33,023 nucleotides of DNA from an uncultured bacterium (GTDB lineage Bacteria > SAR324 > NAC60-12): positions 1 through 33,023 of the forward strand of contig CAXGMD010000036.1 in the NCBI GenBank assembly GCA_964010765.1. The letters run 5' to 3'. A model generated the notes under the pieces. That model ran no database searches and was not told the origin of the DNA. It saw only the letters and a list, made by a program, of their open reading frames with translations. The translations under genes were made by a program, and so were the position numbers. Of this stretch, positions 27,141 to 33,023 are shown in pieces. Within the stretch, counting starts at the first letter, position 1; the number at the start of each line of letters is the position of its first letter.

Positions 27141-27146
27141 GCTCTT

Positions 27147-27965
27147 TCAGCTAACTGGGGTGTTTTGATCTTTGGGAAAGTGCACAATCGCATCAGCCAG
27201 ACCTGCGAAATTATGCGAAGTAGCGGTCACATCCACCAACAGAGACAGTTCGCGGACAGCCGCTGACGTCGATGGGCCGATGCACGCAATTCTTGGACGT
27301 TGCGTCAACTGTAACCACTCGCTCAGGGGTAGACGGTTGAACCAGTGTTCTACTGCAGAAGGGCTAGCGAAGGTGATCCAATCAACACCCTTTTCAAGGG
27401 TGTCTCTCCAGGCTCGTGAAGCTGCAGAGGGAGCCGGAAGAATCTGATATATTGGCGTTTCTAGTACCTTGATGCCAGCTTCTCGGAGAAGTACCCCTAG
27501 GACTTCACTTGCCTGCAGTGCCTGCGGTAACCAACAACAATGATCGGAGGCTATGCCTGTTTGTAGTATCGCTGCTCCCAGAGCCTCAGCGTGGAAAACT
27601 TCTGGAACCAACGGCGGCTGACCTCCCAAAGCGATCCAAGCCTCTGCTGTTGAGGGCCCGATGCAAGCAATTTTGCAATGAGACAGTTCAGCTAAATTCC
27701 CACCAAGTGTTGCCAAACGCTGAGAAAACCCTCGAACAGCCCGCTGGCTGGTGAAAACAACCCAATCCACCTGCTGCCGCTGATGCCAAGCAGCATCAAA
27801 TACTTTCCAAGAAGGAGGTGACGCTGTAACCAGGACTGGGTGATGACAAACTCGAATTCCTACTGATTGCAGAGCCTGAGACAATGGGCCATTCACGGGT
27901 TCTTCACGGGTGATCAGGGCCAGGGCTGATAGAAAATGAAACTCAGTTGTAGTGGATGCTATCAA
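27147..27965 (-). CDS. hemD: Uroporphyrinogen-III synthase
   Basis: Motifs LITR, DWVVFTSQRAV, ACIGPSTA and ITFASPSAV; the start codon is uncertain. Confidence 0.85.
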   Translation of the reverse strand: MIASTTTEFHFLSALALITREEPVNGPLSQALQSVGIRVCHHPVLVTASPPSWKVFDAAWHQRQQVDWVVFTSQRAVRGFSQRLATLGGNLAELSHCKIACIGPSTAEAWIALGGQPPLVPEVFHAEALGAAILQTGIASDHCCWLPQALQASEVLGVLLREAGIKVLETPIYQILPAPSAASRAWRDTLEKGVDWITFASPSAVEHWFNRLPLSEWLQLTQRPRIACIGPSTSAAVRELSLLVDVTATSHNFAGLADAIVHFPKDQNTPVS

Positions 27966-28281
27966 TCTTGGTGATCGTGGCAGGAGGACGTTCTGGCTGC
28001 TGGGCAGCTACTTCAGCTTCCCGCTGCCGTCGTCTCTTTAGGAGTATGGAATAAACTATGTAGAAGAGGAGCCCAACAACAAAGGGAGTGTAGATGATGA
28101 CCAACAGTCGCACCAGAGCAACGTGTACTCTCAAGATTCTAGCAACGTCTGCACACACTCCAACAAACCAACGTTTGGGAATGTACTCCTCGTCTTCCGA
28201 GTCACTACTCATTAGTGCGAACACTCCGAGGAAACCAACGAAGAGTGAAAATCCTCCGATGATCACCAGAAGCAAATTCAT
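27943..28281 (-). CDS. PspC-domain membrane protein with an extra N-terminal TM
   Basis: PspC-like motif RWFVGVCADVARILRVHVALVRLL followed by a TM; ATG at 28281 (alternative TTG at 28299). Confidence 0.65.
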   Translation of the reverse strand: MNLLLVIIGGFSLFVGFLGVFALMSSDSEDEEYIPKRWFVGVCADVARILRVHVALVRLLVIIYTPFVVGLLFYIVYSILLKRRRQREAEVAAQQPERPPATITKIDSIHYN

Positions 28282-28308
28282 GGGCACGGCGCTCTCCAAC
28301 TCAAAATC

Positions 28309-28506
28309 TCAAACACCCTCCACCAACTGGCGATATGCTCTGCGAAAGCCATGACGAAGTAACTCCTCTTCAGTAGAATCCGACTGTTCCTGAAGTTCCT
28401 GAAGTAGGTGGCGGAAATCACATTCCTCCAGTGGTCGGCGTTCAAATTCATTCGTCAACCAAGCCAGGATTTGGTTGTAGTGTGGTCGTTTACCATCTTG
28501 GTTCAA
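28309..28506 (-). CDS. Small hypothetical helical protein
   Basis: 65-aa ORF with a TTG start that tightly fills the gap after asd; amphipathic helical pattern. Confidence 0.5.
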   Translation of the reverse strand: MNQDGKRPHYNQILAWLTNEFERRPLEECDFRHLLQELQEQSDSTEEELLRHGFRRAYRQLVEGV

Positions 28507-28522
28507 GTAGCCTATTCCAGAT

Positions 28523-29524
28523 TCAGCTTTCCAGCAGAACCTCAGCGATCTGAATTGCGTTCAAAGCTGCTCCTTTGTAGAGCTGGTCCGCTACACACCA
28601 GAAGGTCAATCCGCGTGGGTGTGACAGATCTTCTCGCACTCGGCCAACGTAAGTGTCGAATGTTTCGCTGGCTTCCCACGGCACAGGGTACCCCCCGGGC
28701 TTGCGTTCGTCTACCAACTGAATCCCTGGCGCTTGGACAAATAGTTCCCTTGCTCGTGCCTCTGAAATCTTGGTCTCCGTCTCAACCCAAATGGACTCCG
28801 AGTGGGCTCGTAGCACCGGAACTCGAACACAGGTCGCTGAAACCAGGAGCTCAGGGATTGACATGATCTTGCGTGTCTCCAATACCATCTTCATCTCTTC
28901 CTTAGTGTAGCCATTTTCCTGGAAGACATCGATGTGAGGGATCAGGTTGAAGAGAATTTGCTTGGGAAAGGCTTGGGGTGTCAGAGGTTTGCCTTGGGTG
29001 TAGTCGTGGACTTGATCCAACAGTTCCTGCATACCACTGGCACCCGCTCCAGAGACAGCTTGATAGGTGGAGACAACAACTCGCTGTAAAGGTGACTCCT
29101 GATGCAGCGGGTTCAAAGCTACTACCATCTGGATCGTTGAACAGTTCGGATTGGCAATCAACCCTTTGTGTCGTCGAGCTGCCTCCGCATTGATCTCTGG
29201 CACGACCAGGGGCACTCCTTCATCCATACGAAAGGCACTGCTGTTATCAATGACCAGCGCACCCGCTTCTACTGCTGCTGGAGCAAATTCTTTGCTGCGA
29301 CCCCCGCCTGCTGAAAAGAATGCAACGTCAACATCTTGAAAAGCCTCTGGTCGCAACTCTTCGACCGTCAGAGTCTGGTCCCGAAAGCGCAATTGCTTCC
29401 CCACCGAACGTGCTGATGCCAGCAATTTGAGTTTCTGAAGCGGATAGTTGCGCTGTTCCAGCAGCTTTATGAACTCTGTACCTACGGCGCCAGTTGCACC
29501 AGCAATTGCCACGACCTGCGACAT
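28523..29524 (-). CDS. asd: Aspartate-semialdehyde dehydrogenase
   Basis: Motifs GATGAVG, IDNSSAFRM, catalytic ANPNCST, STYQAVSGAG, TCVRVPVLRAHSES and KGAALNAIQIAE. Confidence 0.96.
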   Translation of the reverse strand: MSQVVAIAGATGAVGTEFIKLLEQRNYPLQKLKLLASARSVGKQLRFRDQTLTVEELRPEAFQDVDVAFFSAGGGRSKEFAPAAVEAGALVIDNSSAFRMDEGVPLVVPEINAEAARRHKGLIANPNCSTIQMVVALNPLHQESPLQRVVVSTYQAVSGAGASGMQELLDQVHDYTQGKPLTPQAFPKQILFNLIPHIDVFQENGYTKEEMKMVLETRKIMSIPELLVSATCVRVPVLRAHSESIWVETETKISEARARELFVQAPGIQLVDERKPGGYPVPWEASETFDTYVGRVREDLSHPRGLTFWCVADQLYKGAALNAIQIAEVLLES

Positions 29525-29642
29525 CGAACCTTTTCTGATCTGTTGAAGGAGAGCAATCCTGCTAATGACGAAGCAGGGATTACAAAAACAACCAACCCTA
29601 TCGAAAAGAGGTCAGAAGCTCAAACCGAAAGCGAGGGGGGAC

Positions 29643-31304
29643 TCAAGGGGAATCAACTGGGATGTGATAAAACGCAAAATTACCGGAGTGCTTTACGAAC
29701 TGGACCCGTGGGTGATCCTTGCGCAGGCTATCTTCCATGCGGCGCTCTGTGATAATCGCCAGATCTGTGGAATTGGGGAGATTGAGAATCTCTGGATCAT
29801 TTGGAAATTTGTAGGTGTGCAACATCTCAATGGGTTTTCCTCCATAGAAGAGAGCAGCAAAGGAGACAACGCGATAGAGCACAACCTTGGCCTGCTGCTG
29901 ATGGGCTTCCCGTACAAGTTCAACCAATGGAGTTTGGATATAACTCTGGATCATCGGCACTTGATAACGCCAGAGGCCTTGAACGCAAAAAATCATGCTT
30001 AGTCCAACGACCCCGAGTCCATACCAGAAACGTTGGCGCCAGAGCAGTAGGGTGCCCAGCAACATGGTCAACAGCATTCCACCACTGGTCCAATAAATAC
30101 CGCTCGACCATTCCAGTTCAAACTCAGGGCTGAATTCAGCCAAGTACCTCTCTGCCAAAAAAGGTACTGCACAGAGCCCCACAGCTAGCAGCACTCCCCA
30201 GAGTCCAAGGACAAGGCAAGACCAGCGAGGCAATTCAAACTTACGGTCATGCAGTTGAAGAGAAATTAGGAGCGTCAGGGGAAGATACATCGAGGCTGAG
30301 TAGTGAGGTAGCTTCGTGCTGACCAGAGAAAACAAAACTAGCACAAAGAGTATCCAGACCACGGAAAGACGCACTAGCGGTCGCACATGTACTTCTTCTG
30401 ATTTCCAGAGACGTCTTGGCTGCAGAAACAGGAAAGGAGTCCAGGGGAATAGTCCAATCAACGCAACCAACCAATGGTAGAAGAAGGGCCCCTCATGACC
30501 TTCTAGCGGACGGCTGAAGAGGCTCAACTGGAACCAAATGAAGCCCTGAAGAAACTCTGTTCCGTAAACAACCCAGTTGAGCAAATACCAGGAGAGAGCA
30601 ACGCCCAGTGAGATGAGTCCACAACTGAAGAAATGTATGAGTGGAACTGTCCGACGAGGAGCCACCAAAAACTTGTAGCCTGCAAAAGCAATCAACGGAA
30701 TAACTCCCCCCAAAGGTCCCTTGGTCAGCACCGCAATCCCCATGCAGAGACTGGCAATCAATAGAGAGAGTCGATGTTGTGGGGTTCTTGCTCCAGACTG
30801 CTGACGCCACGCTTCATATAGGCGGTCGTAGCGATAAAGAAAAAAGACCGCGATTGCAATGAAGGCGTTGAAGGTGTGATCGATGACTGCACTACGAGCG
30901 AAGACTCCCGGAAGTAGTGATGTCAGATAGACCAGTGACCAGATGGTTCCAAGGTACTGATCCCGAATGCGCCGACCCACTTCAAAGCAGAATATCACCA
31001 TCACCAGACCAGCCAATACTGATGGGAAACGGGCCGCAAACTCGTTGATTCCCCAAAGATGATAAGAGGCCGCCTGCTCCCAGAAAAAGAAAGGAGGTTT
31101 TTCCGCGAAGGGATAGTCGTTGATGTAAATATTCAGATAGTTGTCCCGCTCCACCATCTGTCGGCTGGCTTCTGCGTAGATGTTCTCATCCCAGTCCACC
31201 AATGGGGTGTCGCCAAGTCCGGGCAGGAGCATGACAATCCCAAAGTAGAGCAGGACCAGTTTGAGTCGGATCGGGTTTTGTAGAAAGCGCGGCAGGGCGT
31301 CCAT
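29643..31304 (-). CDS. ArnT/PMT-family (GT-C) integral membrane glycosyltransferase
   Basis: Motifs DWDENIYAEASRQM, EKPPFFFW, AARFPS, LTKGP and STKLPHY, with many TM segments. ATG at 31304 after GGAGG RBS preferred over 31337. Confidence 0.88.
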   Translation of the reverse strand: MDALPRFLQNPIRLKLVLLYFGIVMLLPGLGDTPLVDWDENIYAEASRQMVERDNYLNIYINDYPFAEKPPFFFWEQAASYHLWGINEFAARFPSVLAGLVMVIFCFEVGRRIRDQYLGTIWSLVYLTSLLPGVFARSAVIDHTFNAFIAIAVFFLYRYDRLYEAWRQQSGARTPQHRLSLLIASLCMGIAVLTKGPLGGVIPLIAFAGYKFLVAPRRTVPLIHFFSCGLISLGVALSWYLLNWVVYGTEFLQGFIWFQLSLFSRPLEGHEGPFFYHWLVALIGLFPWTPFLFLQPRRLWKSEEVHVRPLVRLSVVWILFVLVLFSLVSTKLPHYSASMYLPLTLLISLQLHDRKFELPRWSCLVLGLWGVLLAVGLCAVPFLAERYLAEFSPEFELEWSSGIYWTSGGMLLTMLLGTLLLWRQRFWYGLGVVGLSMIFCVQGLWRYQVPMIQSYIQTPLVELVREAHQQQAKVVLYRVVSFAALFYGGKPIEMLHTYKFPNDPEILNLPNSTDLAIITERRMEDSLRKDHPRVQFVKHSGNFAFYHIPVDSP

Positions 31305-31429
31305 GCCTCCGTTCAGATGCAGGGGGAAAGACCACACTCAGGTGGCCTTTTCAGGGATGGGTAAGTGATGTTCTTCGGGGTGCCTTCATTCAAGTCCTAT
31401 ACCCGCTACAAACTAGCGGAGAAAGGCGT

Positions 31430-32134
31430 TCACTGGTCACCATTGGGTAGTTGAAAGTAGAGTTCACGCACTTGGCGCAGGTGTTCACCCATGACAGCTT
31501 TTGCAAGTGGTGCGTCACGCTGCTCCAAGGCCGAAAGTAAACGGCGATGATCATTCAGAAAGGGTTCAGACATTCCAGCACTCCAGGCTTTCTCCTGAAG
31601 ACGCCGCCACATGGGCGAGTGCTGCATCTGATTCCAGAGGTACTCGGTCATTGCAACCATCGCACGATTGCCCGTTGCTTCTGCAATCAACAAGTGAAAG
31701 CGACGATCTCCGTTGGCACCAGCCATATCTTCCGCTTCCATCTCTCGAATGGTCTGCTCGAGTTCCTCCAGCAAGTCAGCGGGCATTCGCTGGGCAGCCA
31801 ATTCTGCGTTGTTGCGCTCCAGTTCAAAGCGAGCCTCAATCAATTCAGAAGGACTTGGTCCAGCAGTCGCCTGGCTACCTGGGAGTGGTCCCTCTTCCGT
31901 ACGGTCAGAAATCACGAAGATACCAGCCCCTACGCGCACCTCAACCAAACCGGCTAACTCTAGGGCAATCATCGCTTCACGCACGGTGGGTCGACTTACT
32001 CCAAGCTGCTTTGCCAAATCACGCTCTGGTGGTAATCGGCTACCCACCGTGAACTCTCCAGAGCGAATCAATGCGCCCAGTTGGCGAGCCACCTGTTCAA
32101 ATAAACGCTGCGACTGTACAAGCTTCAGGGGCAT
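31430..32134 (-). CDS. GntR-family FadR-subfamily regulator (GlcC/LldR/PdhR-like) with FCD domain
   Basis: HTH RLPPERDLAKQLGVSRPTVREA; FCD motif DRRFHLLIAEATGN...DH...EHL; divergent from glcD. Confidence 0.9.
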   Translation of the reverse strand: MPLKLVQSQRLFEQVARQLGALIRSGEFTVGSRLPPERDLAKQLGVSRPTVREAMIALELAGLVEVRVGAGIFVISDRTEEGPLPGSQATAGPSPSELIEARFELERNNAELAAQRMPADLLEELEQTIREMEAEDMAGANGDRRFHLLIAEATGNRAMVAMTEYLWNQMQHSPMWRRLQEKAWSAGMSEPFLNDHRRLLSALEQRDAPLAKAVMGEHLRQVRELYFQLPNGDQ

Positions 32135-32158
32135 TCAGGTCCTTCAGATGATATTATG

Positions 32159-32284
32159 AATTGGTCAGGCCATTTTTTCATTTGACAGTACAACCTTTCC
32201 TTACTAAATTTTTGGTTGTGTCAAACAAAAGAGTAATTTGGCACAATTTTTTCGCAATTGGTCAGGCCCCTTTTTCGTTTGACA
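32159..32284 (+). promoter_or_regulatory. Two tandem 29-bp modules (32159-32187 and 32256-32284), each a FadR-type box followed by a TTGACA -35 element
   Basis: AATTGGTCAGGCCATTTTTTCATTTGACA versus AATTGGTCAGGCCCCTTTTTCGTTTGACA (26/29 identical). Candidate -10 elements at 17-bp spacing: TAAATT (32205-32210) and CAAGAT (32302-32307). Confidence 0.7.
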
Positions 32285-32355
32285 ACCCGAACACAGCATC
32301 CCAAGATAGGGAGCTTTAGACCAATAATCAACCACCTTTGCACGCAGGGAAAGCC

Positions 32356-33023
32356 ATGGCATTCGCACCACGTATTCGGGAAGAGCTGACGCAGATTTGC
32401 GGCAGTAAGTGGGTTAAGGATGACGAGGTCACGCTCTACACCTATCGCAGCGACGGACTGACACTTTACACAAAGTTGCCAATGGGCATCGTCTATCCAG
32501 CCAATTCAGAGGAATTGGTTCGAGTCGTCAAAGTCTTGTATCGTGAGAAGCTAACCTTCTTGGCAAGAGGAGCCGGCACCGGCCTTTCTGGAGGAGCTGT
32601 GCCTCAGGAAGATACCGTCATCATCGAAATGGATCGGTTCAAAGAGATTCACGATATTGACTACATCAACCGAACCATCACAGTGGGCCCAGGCGTGGTC
32701 AATCTGCGTATCTCCGAAAAGGTACGCCCAAACGGCTATCATTTTGTTCCAGACCCGTCCTCACAGAAAGCTTGCACCATCGGTGGTAACGTCGCTGAAA
32801 ACTCTGGTGGCCCACACACTCTGAAGTACGGGGTGACTGTCAATCACGTTCTCGGTATGGAGGTTGTCTTGCCTGACGGCGAACTGATTCAGGTCGGCGG
32901 AGATTTTCACAATCAGCCCGGTCCAGACTTGCTTGGACTGATCAACGGTTCAGAAGGCACCTTCGGCATTGTGACCAAGGTAGTCTGTAGACTAACACCA
33001 AATCCAGAGAAAGCGGTAACTCT
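32356..33023 (+). CDS. glcD: FAD-linked glycolate/lactate oxidase subunit GlcD (partial, runs off the window)
   Basis: Translated by hand because it is missing from the ORF track: MAFAPRIREEL...ARGAGTGLSGGAVP...PDPSSQKACTIGGNVAENSGGPHTLKYGVT...GSEGTFGIVT. Confidence 0.9.
   Translation, partial: MAFAPRIREELTQICGSKWVKDDEVTLYTYRSDGLTLYTKLPMGIVYPANSEELVRVVKVLYREKLTFLARGAGTGLSGGAVPQEDTVIIEMDRFKEIHDIDYINRTITVGPGVVNLRISEKVRPNGYHFVPDPSSQKACTIGGNVAENSGGPHTLKYGVTVNHVLGMEVVLPDGELIQVGGDFHNQPGPDLLGLINGSEGTFGIVTKVVCRLTPNPEKAVT

Noticed and set aside
32239..32256. TGGCAC...GC resembling a sigma54 -24/-12 promoter upstream of glcD
   Set aside because: The GG-to-GC spacing is 12 nt rather than the required 10 nt.
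32159..32284. 29-bp direct repeat as a possible mini-CRISPR or att site
   Set aside because: Only two copies with a 68-bp spacer, no cas or integrase gene, and it is better explained as an operator plus -35 element.
1..33023. tRNA, rRNA, prophage, IS or integrase content
   Set aside because: None recognised by eye and the intergenic gaps are short. A covariance-model scan would be needed to exclude small ncRNAs.

Overview
A 33 kb chromosomal window of mostly housekeeping genes from a Gram-negative bacterium. The gene mix and protein style suggest a deltaproteobacterial-type lineage such as SAR324; this is an inference, not a database result. It holds about 36 CDS: a short-form purH, a UvrD/FBH1-like helicase, a motA-motB-motB' stator cluster behind folB-nadE, a GT4 glycosyltransferase, prmC, gltA, a MarR-type regulator, an AmgK-like kinase, an ABC exporter, infA-mreB, an MtnK/APH-like kinase coupled to an atypical enolase, ppk2, an LpxL-family acyltransferase, serB, hemD, asd, an ArnT-like transferase, and a FadR regulator divergent from a partial glcD. 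I saw no rRNA, tRNA, CRISPR array, integrase or transposase. Three observations stand out. (1) The kinase-enolase pair has enolase substitutions at the residues contacting the C3 leaving group, suggesting an undescribed phosphorylate-then-eliminate pathway. (2) An orphan Na+-type stator has two short MotB paralogues sharing an identical 32-aa CxxC+TM segment, followed by a helicase. (3) A 29-bp operator/-35 module is duplicated upstream of glcD.
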